Virus record (IMG/VR): IMGVR_UViG_3300032330_001524
Location: 1 to 41,501 of that record
Length of the DNA stretch: 41,501 bases
Reading direction: 5' to 3' (one strand)
From: a virus
Lineage: Duplodnaviria > Caudoviricetes
The notes beneath the pieces are model-generated. The model saw only the letters and a list, made by a program, of their open reading frames with translations, was not told the DNA's origin and searched no databases. A program made the translations under genes and the position numbers. The first letter of the stretch is position 1. Each line of letters begins with the position of its first letter. This document shows, piece after piece, positions 6,404-16,434 of the stretch.

Positions 6404-6799
6404 TCAAGCAGGGTATTCAGCCTGCACCGGCTGTAATCCCATAGCGCTCAGACAATCAGCAAATCCCCAGAGCATACCCGTCGATTGCCCCGGATCATTA
6501 GTCGCATACAAAATCCCGTCAGGATTGCCACATCTCCAGTAGGTAATGCCAGGAGTATCATCGAGGCCTAGCGACTCGAGCGCCTGCCGTATCGCCTCGG
6601 TCACAACAAACGATGAGCCGTAATGAGTCGCTGGCTCTAATCCATTAGCGGATAGTTTGCAGCCATACCATTCAGGATGAGCCGGGTCTCTTGGAGCGCC
6701 ATCGTCACACGGGAACGCAATATCGAGCGCAGCGATTGCGCCCGGCATGGCCTGCGCGAGTGAGATCACATGGACGGTATGCTGCCAAATTGTAGTCAT
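6404..6799 (-). CDS. Hypothetical protein
   Basis: TAATG overlap with the upstream LamG-like gene. Confidence 0.65.
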   Translation of the reverse strand: MTTIWQHTVHVISLAQAMPGAIAALDIAFPCDDGAPRDPAHPEWYGCKLSANGLEPATHYGSSFVVTEAIRQALESLGLDDTPGITYWRCGNPDGILYATNDPGQSTGMLWGFADCLSAMGLQPVQAEYPA

Positions 6800-7533
6800 T
6801 AATAGATGCCCCACTTAGCGTTCAAGTAAGTGCGAACACTGGATTTTTCATTAGTGCTCAAACTTTGATCATACACCAGATATTCGCAAACAACGCCGCA
6901 CACACTCATGGCGTAAATGTTGCTGTTGACTACAGATGCGTTGCTATAAGTCTGATATGACGACCCATTTCTTAACAATTCGTCACTAGACTGTGATGAT
7001 TTCACAAACTCGATCAAGTATTTTCCAGTATCCGAATGCGATATTTGCGATCCTACAAAGCCTGAGTCTGCCCAAGCCACTCCATCTCGAACAATCCTAA
7101 ATGTAGAGCGCCCATTTGGGACTGCTAAACCAGAAGTGAAATAACGATAAGCAACACAATTTACAGTTGCAATCGAAGAAACTGGAAACCGGATAACTGT
7201 AAAAGTATGCCTAGGGTAGTTAGCCCCTGCCGTGCCACTGATCGTGTCATTTGAAACGTCAAATTGAATAGCATTACGCCCATTTTCTAAGGCTAATTTT
7301 AAAGCCGGTTTTTTTGTGCCATCGCTTTGTGTTGCGTGCCTTGTATTGCCGCTTTTATCCGCCCATCTCCCCACAACATCACCGTCTGCTGTCGCTGGAG
7401 TCAATCCAGCAGAATCCGTAAACAAAGTGCTTGCATCGCTGGCATCAAGCCATAATTGCAGACCAGCTATGCTTTGAGGTGAAAATGCTGTTGCTGGTGC
7501 TGAAGCGCCAACTCCTAGCAAAGGTAAACTCAT
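6799..7533 (-). CDS. LamG/concanavalin-like lectin-fold protein (putative receptor-binding)
   Basis: GLQLWLDASD...WADKSGN..HATQ...EYLVYDQSLS...YLNAKWGI; locally AT-richer DNA. Confidence 0.7.
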   Translation of the reverse strand: MSLPLLGVGASAPATAFSPQSIAGLQLWLDASDASTLFTDSAGLTPATADGDVVGRWADKSGNTRHATQSDGTKKPALKLALENGRNAIQFDVSNDTISGTAGANYPRHTFTVIRFPVSSIATVNCVAYRYFTSGLAVPNGRSTFRIVRDGVAWADSGFVGSQISHSDTGKYLIEFVKSSQSSDELLRNGSSYQTYSNASVVNSNIYAMSVCGVVCEYLVYDQSLSTNEKSSVRTYLNAKWGIY

Positions 7534-7561
7534 AGGATATCCGCCATAACAGTTTTTCCAA

Positions 7562-7882
7562 TTATACGTTAACTTCAATATAGCAAAGGTGCCCGGCAAC
7601 GTTTACCGCGCCGCCAAGGCTAAGGTTTAAGGCTTCGCCGGGCTCCGTCTGAAATAGACCATACGCGCCGCCGGGTGCAAGGATTCCCACCGATGCCGAG
7701 GCGCCGCCGGAACTGGCAAGGCTCATCGGGCCCGATAGTGCCGTCGATGCCGACTGCCAGGTTGCCGTAACGGCACCCGCTGCAACAATCACATAGGAAA
7801 CCACCCGAATTCGTTTACCCGTAACGGCTGCCACGATTGCGTTGTTGCCGCTGGCGCTTGCGTTAATGGCTGCAAATTTCAT
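7562..7882 (-). CDS. Small beta-rich virion-associated protein (paralog of 23254..23574)
   Basis: SGNN...GKRIRV..Y...W.S..TALSG.M...QT..GE.L.L...GH..Y.EV is shared with the head-region gene. Confidence 0.7.
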   Translation of the reverse strand: MKFAAINASASGNNAIVAAVTGKRIRVVSYVIVAAGAVTATWQSASTALSGPMSLASSGGASASVGILAPGGAYGLFQTEPGEALNLSLGGAVNVAGHLCYIEVNV

Positions 7883-7884
7883 AA

Positions 7885-8226
7885 TTAGAGCCCCAATTGC
7901 TTGGTGAGAATCCGAATTGCGATGCTCAAAACCAATGACCACGGGAACAGGCCTTGCACTGCTTGGGCGCAAGTCGGTTCCTGTTCGATAGCCGCCTCAA
8001 GCACCGCCAAGTCGCCGGCGCCTTCCAAGGTTTCAGCCACCGGGTCGGCTGTAATCAGAGGCCCACCGCCGAGGGTTTGCGATAGCGCATAACCTGCCAC
8101 GTTCCAGCACGCATGGACCAGCACCGGCGCCGGGATGTCGCCGCCCTTGACGCGATCCACGAGCAGCCCAAGGGCATAGGTTGGGAAGTCGGTTGGGTAT
8201 GGGGTAAGCATCATCAGATACTCCAA
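7885..8226 (-). CDS. Hypothetical protein, C-terminal hydrophobic helix
   Basis: LFPWSLVLSIAIRILTKQL; tiles between neighbours. Confidence 0.65.
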   Translation of the reverse strand: MEYLMMLTPYPTDFPTYALGLLVDRVKGGDIPAPVLVHACWNVAGYALSQTLGGGPLITADPVAETLEGAGDLAVLEAAIEQEPTCAQAVQGLFPWSLVLSIAIRILTKQLGL

Positions 8227-9101
8227 TTGATTCGGCGCGCCGGGAAGCCGTCAAGGCCTGAAAAGGCCCAACTGTCACCAGCTCCCAACATTCTATCAAC
8301 TACTTCCGCATCAGCCCAAAACCCGCACGCCGGCGGGTTGCCGGCGCCAATCGGCCCGGTGTGTTTGTTGTCGCCCCAGCTATTGCAAATAAATCCGCCG
8401 GGCCTGCTGCCGCTCTTATAGCCGATAAGCGCCATGCAATGATTCCAGGTTCCCGCGGCCTTGGCGAATCCGTCGGCATCTCGCTGGAACACAAACCCGC
8501 GGCTTGAACAGATTGCGATTCCGTACCCACTAGCCAAGGCTTGGCAAGCCTGTTGAAACGTTTTCACCAACGTAACAGCTCGCACTGGGTGGAGGCGCGC
8601 CACCGTCTCAATGCTGTCGGGTACACCAGTCCTTCCCCACTGCCGGCACCGTGTTTCATCGTATTGGCGCAAATCTTCGGCGCCGTAGACTTCCCGATCC
8701 ACGACACCCCACCGCCGCACAAACTCCGCCGCCCACGCGCCTACCGAACCGTCACCGCTGATCTTGCCTCCGCCCACTTCTACCCGACTTCCGGCGTAGA
8801 TGACTTCTTGCGCCAGGTCCTTGATGCCTTCCGCTTCGCCGGCCAGGATTTCCGCCGCCATGGTTGCTTCAATTGCTGCCGCGGTGCCAAAGCTCACGCA
8901 GCTCCCCACCTGCCCTTGGTTCCTGCCCGGCCACGGCTTGCCGGTGATGGTCTCGCGGGCTTTCCAAAGGAAGGCTTCCGGCGGTATGGTCTCTCGCTCT
9001 GCCGCGGGCGTCATCGAAAAAAACGGGAACGGCTGGGCGCCGGCCACCACCGCCACCGCTTCCGGATCGTCCACCCACCCCGGCACATAATCGACCATCA
9101 T
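8214..9101 (-). CDS. Papain-like (C1-type) cysteine peptidase
   Basis: RNQGQVGSCVSFG (Gln/Cys), NHCMALIGY (His), ICNSWG (Asn). Confidence 0.9.
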   Translation of the reverse strand: MMVDYVPGWVDDPEAVAVVAGAQPFPFFSMTPAAERETIPPEAFLWKARETITGKPWPGRNQGQVGSCVSFGTAAAIEATMAAEILAGEAEGIKDLAQEVIYAGSRVEVGGGKISGDGSVGAWAAEFVRRWGVVDREVYGAEDLRQYDETRCRQWGRTGVPDSIETVARLHPVRAVTLVKTFQQACQALASGYGIAICSSRGFVFQRDADGFAKAAGTWNHCMALIGYKSGSRPGGFICNSWGDNKHTGPIGAGNPPACGFWADAEVVDRMLGAGDSWAFSGLDGFPARRINWSI

Positions 9102-9751
9102 TTAAGGCTCTCCAAGATTTTCCCAAGCTTGTTATAAATTTCCGTTGCCGCGGTGCGAATAGAAGGGGTGAGCGCCGCGTCTGGGTCTGTTGGCAATACC
9201 GCCGCTAATTCCTCGCCCAATCGGTTCCGGATAGCTTCCAGCGCCATGGGTGGCAATGTCGCCACGGCCTGCCGGCGCGCAAACGTGAACAGGTCACCGG
9301 CTGTTTTGATCTCGGGATCTGTTGCCGCCTTGGCTGCTCGCCGGTATACGTCTGCCAGCGCCACCACCTGCTTTGCCTTGTCTGGGTCTTGATTGACTTC
9401 AAGCAGCGCCTGCAACGCCACCGCTAGCGGGTCCGTTGGTGCCACCGGCCCGGGTGGCACCGGTGGAGCGCTGCCCACTGTTACGACGCATACCGCCGCC
9501 TCGCTGGGGATGTCTCCCGCCGCCGTCCATGCCAAGACTTTGTACTGCCCCGGCGCCATGGCTGAAAAGATTGCGCTCCGGGTCGATTCCATCACGATAA
9601 GGTCGGCATCGTCTCCCGCCAGGTACCACCGGATTAGCTTGCAATCTGTCTTGGCTGCAATCTGTACTAGGCGCCCCGGCCTTGCCGCTACCGCCGGCGG
9701 TAGGGTCACCGTAGGATCTGCCGCCAAGGCTGCCAGTATTAGCCACATCAT
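9098..9751 (-). CDS. Secreted protein: signal peptide, Ig/PKD-like beta domain, Pro linker, helical domain
   Basis: MMWLILAALAA; PGQYKVLAW; PPVPPGPVAPTDP. Confidence 0.7.
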   Translation of the reverse strand: MMWLILAALAADPTVTLPPAVAARPGRLVQIAAKTDCKLIRWYLAGDDADLIVMESTRSAIFSAMAPGQYKVLAWTAAGDIPSEAAVCVVTVGSAPPVPPGPVAPTDPLAVALQALLEVNQDPDKAKQVVALADVYRRAAKAATDPEIKTAGDLFTFARRQAVATLPPMALEAIRNRLGEELAAVLPTDPDAALTPSIRTAATEIYNKLGKILESLK

Positions 9752-10005
9752 TGTTTCGCCCCATTCATGCGCGAGATTTCGGTGTTGGAACGGGCCAGCT
9801 CGGTAATTTCCCGCGCCATGTGCTCTTGTGTTGTTGCGATTGTTTCAAGGGTTTGGCTTAGGCTTGAAAGGAACTCAAAATGCCTGTCCCGAATCGGGAT
9901 GATTAGGTGCTGGGCGATCCATTGCGAAGTAGACCAGATGCCATAGCCGATAGCCACAAGCGCCGCCGTAGGCAATCCAACGGCTTGAATCCATGTCGGG
10001 TCCAT
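9748..10005 (-). CDS. Holin-like membrane protein
   Basis: One N-terminal TM segment followed by a coiled coil; first gene after the tail module. Confidence 0.55.
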   Translation of the reverse strand: MDPTWIQAVGLPTAALVAIGYGIWSTSQWIAQHLIIPIRDRHFEFLSSLSQTLETIATTQEHMAREITELARSNTEISRMNGAKQ

Positions 10006-10037
10006 CTACGTACTCCGAAGGTTTGGCGCCCATCATA

Positions 10038-11534
10038 TCACGGTTGGGCGTAGTCGGTGCAATCCGAGCATGATTTGAACCGGCTGCCCTGCGCGCCGAA
10101 CCGCACGCATTCGCCGTGAATGATGCACGAATGGAGCGCCGAACACCCGCACGCCGGCTTGGGGTCAATCAGTTCCCCGAGGTGCACGCATGCGGTAGCG
10201 GCCCGGGTTTTCATCCGCTCGATGATTGCCAGCCGTTCAACCTGATACGTTGCCGCTGGTTCCATGGGTGCCACCATTGCCGAGGGTGTTATTGCGTTGT
10301 CGACACACTCCGCGGTAACTCCCGACGGGAATTCCAGCCCGTATAGAATCACTACCGGGTCACCTGCCACGCCGCTAAACGTCACCGTCGCCACCCAGTG
10401 CCCGGTATCGGCCAGCACGCCGAGGTTAAGCGTATAGGTGCCGACGGTCCACGCTCCGCCGGGAATCCTAATGGCCACGCATGGCGCGCTCTTGGCCACG
10501 GATTTAACCAGCAAATCAAAACCGGCCACCGACGTATATTGTATCTGTTGTTTCTCTGCGCCGTTCACCGGGTCTTCGCCGCCGCACCCGGTGTTGAGAA
10601 GGTCTGCCAGGCTTGGGTATATCGGCGTTGGGCTGAGGTTTGCCGCCACCGGTGGAAGTAAGCCGGTGCCCGAATTGTTTCCCTTGAAACACCCCATCCG
10701 GCCACCGGTGCGGTTTACTCCGAGCTGGCTCCACTGGGGCCTGAAGGTTCCGGCCATCGCGGGTTTGACCAGCGCCGCCAGGCACGAATACGTTCTCTTG
10801 CCGGTGTCCATTGAACAATCCGATAGCGGCCCGTTCTCCGCCTTGCCATTACATCCCAAACGGTAGGGCATAAGCTGGATGGTTGCCGTTGCTGAGCGTA
10901 TGTCTGTCTCGCAATAACCGCCGGAAGGCACAAACGGTATCGGGTCAGGGTGTCCCATCACCCACGTTGTGTTCCTGTCGAGAGGGTCCGCCAATGGGTC
11001 CAAGATCCTGTTAAGCGTAACGCCGAAGGTCCCGCAGGTAACGTAGGTGTTGCTTCCATCCGCCGGCGGGGGCGAGAATTCAACCGCCGGCACCAGGCGC
11101 TCCATGGTCACCGATAGCCCGAGGCTTGCGTCTGCATTCACCACCATGACGGCTCGAAACCGAAAGCTCATGCCGTAGTCGGGTGGGCCTGCAATTAAAA
11201 TAGATGATAGGTTTGCTTCCCCCTGCCAAATGCCTTCCGGCGCCGGCGTCTGTGGCAAACACCCGAGGCCCATAGTTACCGGCTGGGGAATGTATCGTGA
11301 AGGGCCAGTACCCACCGAGGGGCACGTAGACGGATCACGCGCGAAGGTAAGGTAGAGTATGCCCATTTGCATAGGCCACCCGATAGCGGTGCACGCCAAA
11401 GCACAATCAAACGTGATCGGCACCGAATACCCCGCCGCGCTTGGCGCGCAAATATACTGCGCCACTGCAAACCGGTGGTTTCCCTTAGCTTCGCCTTCCG
11501 GCGGTATTAGGTTGATGGTTCCAATTTCAGGCAT
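10038..11534 (-). CDS. Tail-associated protein with Cys-rich C-terminal domain
   Basis: End of tail module; CVHLG...CGC...CIIHGEC...CSDCTDY. Confidence 0.65.
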   Translation of the reverse strand: MPEIGTINLIPPEGEAKGNHRFAVAQYICAPSAAGYSVPITFDCALACTAIGWPMQMGILYLTFARDPSTCPSVGTGPSRYIPQPVTMGLGCLPQTPAPEGIWQGEANLSSILIAGPPDYGMSFRFRAVMVVNADASLGLSVTMERLVPAVEFSPPPADGSNTYVTCGTFGVTLNRILDPLADPLDRNTTWVMGHPDPIPFVPSGGYCETDIRSATATIQLMPYRLGCNGKAENGPLSDCSMDTGKRTYSCLAALVKPAMAGTFRPQWSQLGVNRTGGRMGCFKGNNSGTGLLPPVAANLSPTPIYPSLADLLNTGCGGEDPVNGAEKQQIQYTSVAGFDLLVKSVAKSAPCVAIRIPGGAWTVGTYTLNLGVLADTGHWVATVTFSGVAGDPVVILYGLEFPSGVTAECVDNAITPSAMVAPMEPAATYQVERLAIIERMKTRAATACVHLGELIDPKPACGCSALHSCIIHGECVRFGAQGSRFKSCSDCTDYAQP

Positions 11535-12592
11535 TAAGCACCAATGAAAAACTTGAGATTGGAAAGCGAAAGATACGCCACTTGTTCCGTGAGTTGTTCC
11601 GGATTGTTGCTGTTCTGCAATAGCGGGAATTTAATCGGTACCGCTATACTTCCGCCCACCGAAGCACCGGCGCCGAAAAACAAGTAAGGGTCCCAAGGGG
11701 TGGTTATTCCACCGACAATCCGGGTGTAGGTCCAATACCGAAGCGCCGCCACCCGCGGACTCTTCAAGAACTTGCCGCTGCTATTTTTGGCCAAATAGAT
11801 CCAAACCTCGAGAACCAATATCTGCCGCTTCGGGTCAAGCTTCGGCACCGGAGGGGGCCCGATATAGACCATATCATCGGGGGGCTTCACCGGGTTCTTT
11901 ACCGCGCCGAGATTCCAAAACGCGATCCATGCTAGCCCATCAAAAGTGCCTTCCAGTCCGCCGGCTTCGTTGTACACGGGAAGCGCTTCGCAAAATGGGG
12001 TAAAATCTTCGTGTATTCCGGTGTTGCTTCGGTTCACATCGGATAGTGAATCCTCGAAAAACGAGTCGGCCATCATAGGTTCCGCCACATGCCGGTTGCT
12101 GTAGCACCACCCGCCAGGCATAAGGTTCCCGAGCCAGTCCTCGCCCCATGTTGTATCGGTTGCATCCTGCCAATAGACGCTGCCGGCTGCTAGGAACGGA
12201 TCGTTGGCTTGGTCGCGCTTGGTGAGCCGAATATAGGTGCTGGGCATCGTGAACCGCGGGCCTGTGTAGGTCACCGTATACGCCGGGATGCCGTAGGGTG
12301 CCGTCACCACCGGAAGCCACTTTGCCACGTCTGCCAGGTCAAATCTAACCTTCTGTCGAAACGTTACCCCGTTGGGAAGTCCGGTATCCGATCCATACGG
12401 GATTGCGTTCCTGCCTGCTGCATCATGCGGAAGAATCATCTTGTTGCCACACAAACCGGTTTGAAAATCCACGGGTTGCGTGATTTCCCGAGTGTAGAAA
12501 AGCACATGGAGCGAAACCGACGGAAACGCCGACCCAGCGTCTACTTGGTTGAGACAATTCCCGGCCAGCAGTTCGCCCTTAAATCCGTTCAC
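11534..12592 (-). CDS. Putative tail protein
   Basis: Start revised to GTG 12592 (GTGA overlap); position in tail module. Confidence 0.6.
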   Translation of the reverse strand: MNGFKGELLAGNCLNQVDAGSAFPSVSLHVLFYTREITQPVDFQTGLCGNKMILPHDAAGRNAIPYGSDTGLPNGVTFRQKVRFDLADVAKWLPVVTAPYGIPAYTVTYTGPRFTMPSTYIRLTKRDQANDPFLAAGSVYWQDATDTTWGEDWLGNLMPGGWCYSNRHVAEPMMADSFFEDSLSDVNRSNTGIHEDFTPFCEALPVYNEAGGLEGTFDGLAWIAFWNLGAVKNPVKPPDDMVYIGPPPVPKLDPKRQILVLEVWIYLAKNSSGKFLKSPRVAALRYWTYTRIVGGITTPWDPYLFFGAGASVGGSIAVPIKFPLLQNSNNPEQLTEQVAYLSLSNLKFFIGA

Positions 12593-13032
12593 ATTGTCAC
12601 CGCGTTGATATTGATTTGAAGTATTGAAGAGCCTTGCGTCAAGGCGCCGGCCAATGTGAAATAATAGACGCCACCGACAAACGAGCACCCGTTGCCACTG
12701 GCTGCCGGCGTGAAAATGCCGGGGCCAATACCGCCGACGTTGCCCACCACTGCACCGGTGGGCTCTGTGCAAAGGCTAAGCGTTGTCGAAAAGCTAAATG
12801 GTAAGCCGATGGAAAAGTAGCTGTAAACGTCCCCGCATGGGGATGATAGCGGTAAGGTAAATGCCGTCGGTGTTGTCGGGAATGTTCCGCAGGTTCCGCC
12901 GGAGCAATACCATAGCCCACTTACGCTAGCCGGTGGCGCCTTCCAACCGCAGCACGAATAGGGGCGCGGAAGGGCTCCGTAGAAAGTCGAGGTTTTGCTG
13001 TCCCAGCATTGGAAGGTTTTGACTTCGCCCAT
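12589..13032 (-). CDS. Cys-rich putative tail protein
   Basis: SCCG and CSGGTC motifs; tail-module position. Confidence 0.6.
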   Translation of the reverse strand: MGEVKTFQCWDSKTSTFYGALPRPYSCCGWKAPPASVSGLWYCSGGTCGTFPTTPTAFTLPLSSPCGDVYSYFSIGLPFSFSTTLSLCTEPTGAVVGNVGGIGPGIFTPAASGNGCSFVGGVYYFTLAGALTQGSSILQININAVTM

Positions 13033-13036
13033 GGTA

Positions 13037-13468
13037 CTACTCGTAGGTCACGTATAGGATATTTCCCACGCATTGAACCGATGAAATGCTTGAACCGCTA
13101 CCGCCGCCGCCGATATCGAATTCGTAGTTGACCTGCCCGCGGTTCTCACTTCCGGCGCCGCGCACCCGGAGTCGTACAATCTTGCCGGTTGCCGCCGCCA
13201 GGTTATTCATTTCAAATGCTTGGTTGGTTTCGCCGTCGCCGACGATTCCAAACTCTTTCAATTCATAATCCTGCCCGGTGCCGGCCACCGTCATTTCTTC
13301 CCACATGTAGATCGTGTTGCCGCTCTCGCTGGTGCCATAGCTGCCGGTGATTCGGCCCACTATTGCCTTGGTGCCGGCGGTGCCGATTTCAATTGCGTTG
13401 CCGCTCATTGAAAGCGTCGCGCCTTCGCCTGCCCGGAGCAATGGTAACTTGGGTTCCTGTTTCATCAT
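13037..13468 (-). CDS. Putative tail tip protein
   Basis: GRITG...YMWEE...AFEMNN; TAATG overlap with the upstream gene. Confidence 0.6.
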   Translation of the reverse strand: MMKQEPKLPLLRAGEGATLSMSGNAIEIGTAGTKAIVGRITGSYGTSESGNTIYMWEEMTVAGTGQDYELKEFGIVGDGETNQAFEMNNLAAATGKIVRLRVRGAGSENRGQVNYEFDIGGGGSGSSISSVQCVGNILYVTYE

Positions 13469-14532
13469 TACGCCACGTCGGGGTCAGTAAACAACAATTG
13501 GAACGGGAACGAGGGGTAAATCGGCTTCTTATTCAATGTCGATTCTACGTAATAATGGTACCGGCCACCGGCGCCAAACCACGGGAGCAGATTATGTCCT
13601 CCCGTCACGTTGTTACCGACTGCCGCCGGCGGTTGGTGCGCTGGGTCCGTCTCGGGGTCAAACCGGCTGAAGGTCATTTCAAGATCGACAAGCTTCAATG
13701 GCGAGACAATTGCCGGAGGCCCACCGCCGCCAAGGCCCACGAATCCCGGGTAAGCTGGAACGTACCGGCGGTGCGTCATTCCTTGAAACAATAGGGTGCC
13801 CGGGTCGTATGAATTCCAGTAGGTTTGGTTCACATGCCCAAGGCCTTGGAAAAGGTAGCCGTAGTGCCGGCTGTTGGGTTCTAAATATGTAATCGGTACC
13901 TGATACCAAAATATCTTTAGACCTGATTTGCGCTGGATTATTCGCACTTGCCCGGGAAGTGTTGCGCCGTCTGGGTTGTTGGTGCCGGCTGCGCCTTGGG
14001 CTTTAAATTTAAATTGCCCCTGCTGCGCTGTTATGAATTCCGCGGAAGGCACTTCATCATAGTCTGCAAACCTGTCCCATTCCTTCGCCCACGTATTGTT
14101 GTGCGATACCCCGTTGTCGTCAATCCAATCCATCTTGCCGACTTCAATTGCCGTATCTCGCAAAACAGCGTAGGGTCTTGGCGCAAAAGTTATTTCACAT
14201 CGGTATAGTAAATACTTGGCGAAGTTGGGAAGCGCCGGCGCTTCTAATCCGTTGGTATAGACTTCCGAGGTAGTGCCGTTCACGTCGAAGCTTACGCCGG
14301 AGATCGCCACGTTTTCGGCGAATAGCCAAGGAAACTGTGGGTGCGCCAATGGCAACACTCGAATCAAGGCGCCGTTGCCCTTGGGGGTGGAACTTCCGAT
14401 TATTTCTGTAATCACATCGGGTAAATCATACTTGGCTGGATCGACAAACCCCACCATGGTGGCTTTACTGCCGCCCATGTTATGGTTGCTGCTGCTGACT
14501 TGCCGGAGGCTCTCCACGAATTCAAACGCCAT
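13468..14532 (-). CDS. Tail tip/distal tail-like protein
   Basis: Directly follows tape measure; PLAHPQFPWL motif. Confidence 0.6.
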   Translation of the reverse strand: MAFEFVESLRQVSSSNHNMGGSKATMVGFVDPAKYDLPDVITEIIGSSTPKGNGALIRVLPLAHPQFPWLFAENVAISGVSFDVNGTTSEVYTNGLEAPALPNFAKYLLYRCEITFAPRPYAVLRDTAIEVGKMDWIDDNGVSHNNTWAKEWDRFADYDEVPSAEFITAQQGQFKFKAQGAAGTNNPDGATLPGQVRIIQRKSGLKIFWYQVPITYLEPNSRHYGYLFQGLGHVNQTYWNSYDPGTLLFQGMTHRRYVPAYPGFVGLGGGGPPAIVSPLKLVDLEMTFSRFDPETDPAHQPPAAVGNNVTGGHNLLPWFGAGGRYHYYVESTLNKKPIYPSFPFQLLFTDPDVA

Positions 14533-14535
14533 GGA

Positions 14536-16434
14536 TTAGCTCCCGTAAATAAGGGCGCCGGCTGCTGAGCCGATGCCGCGGCCCACTGCGCCAATTGTGT
14601 AATCGTATGCCGTTGCAATGCCAGAGCCTACCGCCTGCACGGCTGATTTTACCGGCTTGGGAATCAGGCTTGCCACGCTTGAAGCGATCTTAGCCGGAAG
14701 GGCATTGATTGCCGCTACCAGGTCCGTGCCGTTGCCGCCAATGCCTTCTAGCTCTGCCACCATGTCCGCGTAAAAGTCCTCGGGCTTCTTCCCGGCCTTG
14801 CCACCGGGAACCACCGACGCAATAACCGCCGCTAGCGCCGCATCCCTGCCCACCGACTCAATGCTTTTTACCTGTGCATTCTGCGCCGCCGCGATGCCTT
14901 CGGCGCTTGCCTTCGGCGCCGCTAGCCCCTTGAAAAACTTCGTGAGATTGGCAAGCGCCGACGTGAACCCAAAGAATTTCATGAGGCTTGCAATGCCGCG
15001 CACCAATACCGCCACGAGGTTATTCATTGCCACCTGCACGCCTTCGGCGAAGTCCTTCAAGACGTCACCCACGTTGAAACCGAATAGGTCCCGCATAATG
15101 CCGGCAAGCGCCGTTACCAGGCTTCCGAATGCTAGCCAAATGGCCTTGGCCACCGCCGCCAAGGCTGTAAATATCGGGGCGATGGTTGTAAATATGTCAC
15201 CCACCATTTCGACGATGGGCATAAGGGTTGCCGCTGCGACGAAGAAAACTTCCGTCATCGCATCGATTGCCGGCTGAAGTGATTCGATGATTCGCCCAAA
15301 CGTTTCCGCTACTAGCCGTGCCACCGGCAACAATGCCGAGGCAAAGTCTTTGATAATTGGAACGATAGCTTGCATGATGGGCGCCAAGGCCGTGCCGATA
15401 ACCGCGGTGAGGTCCCGCGTTGCCATATCCAGCTGTACCATGATTCCCGGGTTTACCGCGTCAACGAATGAGCCAATCTTCCCTGCCAGGCCTTGCACCA
15501 TTTCAAGGAACGCCACGGGCGCCGCCGCCAATGCTGCTGCCCCGGCTGCCATGCCGCCGGTAGCTGCACCGACTGCCGCGCCGCCGGCCTTGGCTATTGC
15601 TCCGCCGGCCTTGGCCATTGCCCCACCTGCCGGAGCTGCTCCCGGTGCCGCTGGCGTTGCCAATGTTTGGCCAGAGCTGCTAGGCGCCTTCGCCTTGGAT
15701 GTCGCCAAGGCCTTCATGGCTGCATCGTGTTCCGCCTTGGCGTCTGCCTTACGCTGGGCCAAGGCCTTGGCGCTGGCTGCCTCTTGCGCTTCCGCTAGGT
15801 TTTGATCGGCGTCTGCTGCCGCTTGAACTGCCGCCTGATATTCTGCCGCCGCCGCCGCCGTTGCCTTGCGCGCACTGTCAAGCGCGTCGGCCATTGCTTG
15901 GGTGGGGGATTGAAGCGCTTGCGCCATGGCTTCGGCTTCGGTTGCCTCGGCTGCTTGGCGCTTGGCAAGGCCTTCTTCTAGCCCCAGTTGCGCCGCGGTG
16001 TTGGCGTCAATTGCCGCTTGTAGCGCTGGGTCGATAATAACTTCCGCCGGTTCGCCTGCCGCCAAGCCTGCCGCTACCGTTCCACCTTCCTGCTCCTTAA
16101 GTGCTTCGACCACGGGTTTGGCTGACTGCTCCGGCGTTGGTGTTGCCGCTGGCTTCTTCTTCAACCATGCCACCATTGCCGTTGCCATGGGGGCTTGACG
16201 CTTGAAAAACTCGCCCACTGACGCAAACAGACCACCGCCGGCTTCGGGCGCCGCCATGGTCTCACGTCCCGTATCCGCGGTGTCTGCCGTCGGGCCTGTT
16301 GTGGCATCGGGCATACTCCCGGCAATGGTTTCAAGGGCTGCCGAATACCGCGCCAGGGCTGTAATTAACTCGCCAAGGCCGCCGGCACCGCCACCGGGCC
16401 CACCTGCCGCCGTCATGTCAATGCTGGCTGCCAT
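14536..16434 (-). CDS. Tail tape measure protein
   Basis: Ala-rich helical protein with periodic Pro/Phe amphipathic repeats; follows the frameshifted chaperone; start revised to MAASID. Confidence 0.85.
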   Translation of the reverse strand: MAASIDMTAAGGPGGGAGGLGELITALARYSAALETIAGSMPDATTGPTADTADTGRETMAAPEAGGGLFASVGEFFKRQAPMATAMVAWLKKKPAATPTPEQSAKPVVEALKEQEGGTVAAGLAAGEPAEVIIDPALQAAIDANTAAQLGLEEGLAKRQAAEATEAEAMAQALQSPTQAMADALDSARKATAAAAAEYQAAVQAAADADQNLAEAQEAASAKALAQRKADAKAEHDAAMKALATSKAKAPSSSGQTLATPAAPGAAPAGGAMAKAGGAIAKAGGAAVGAATGGMAAGAAALAAAPVAFLEMVQGLAGKIGSFVDAVNPGIMVQLDMATRDLTAVIGTALAPIMQAIVPIIKDFASALLPVARLVAETFGRIIESLQPAIDAMTEVFFVAAATLMPIVEMVGDIFTTIAPIFTALAAVAKAIWLAFGSLVTALAGIMRDLFGFNVGDVLKDFAEGVQVAMNNLVAVLVRGIASLMKFFGFTSALANLTKFFKGLAAPKASAEGIAAAQNAQVKSIESVGRDAALAAVIASVVPGGKAGKKPEDFYADMVAELEGIGGNGTDLVAAINALPAKIASSVASLIPKPVKSAVQAVGSGIATAYDYTIGAVGRGIGSAAGALIYGS

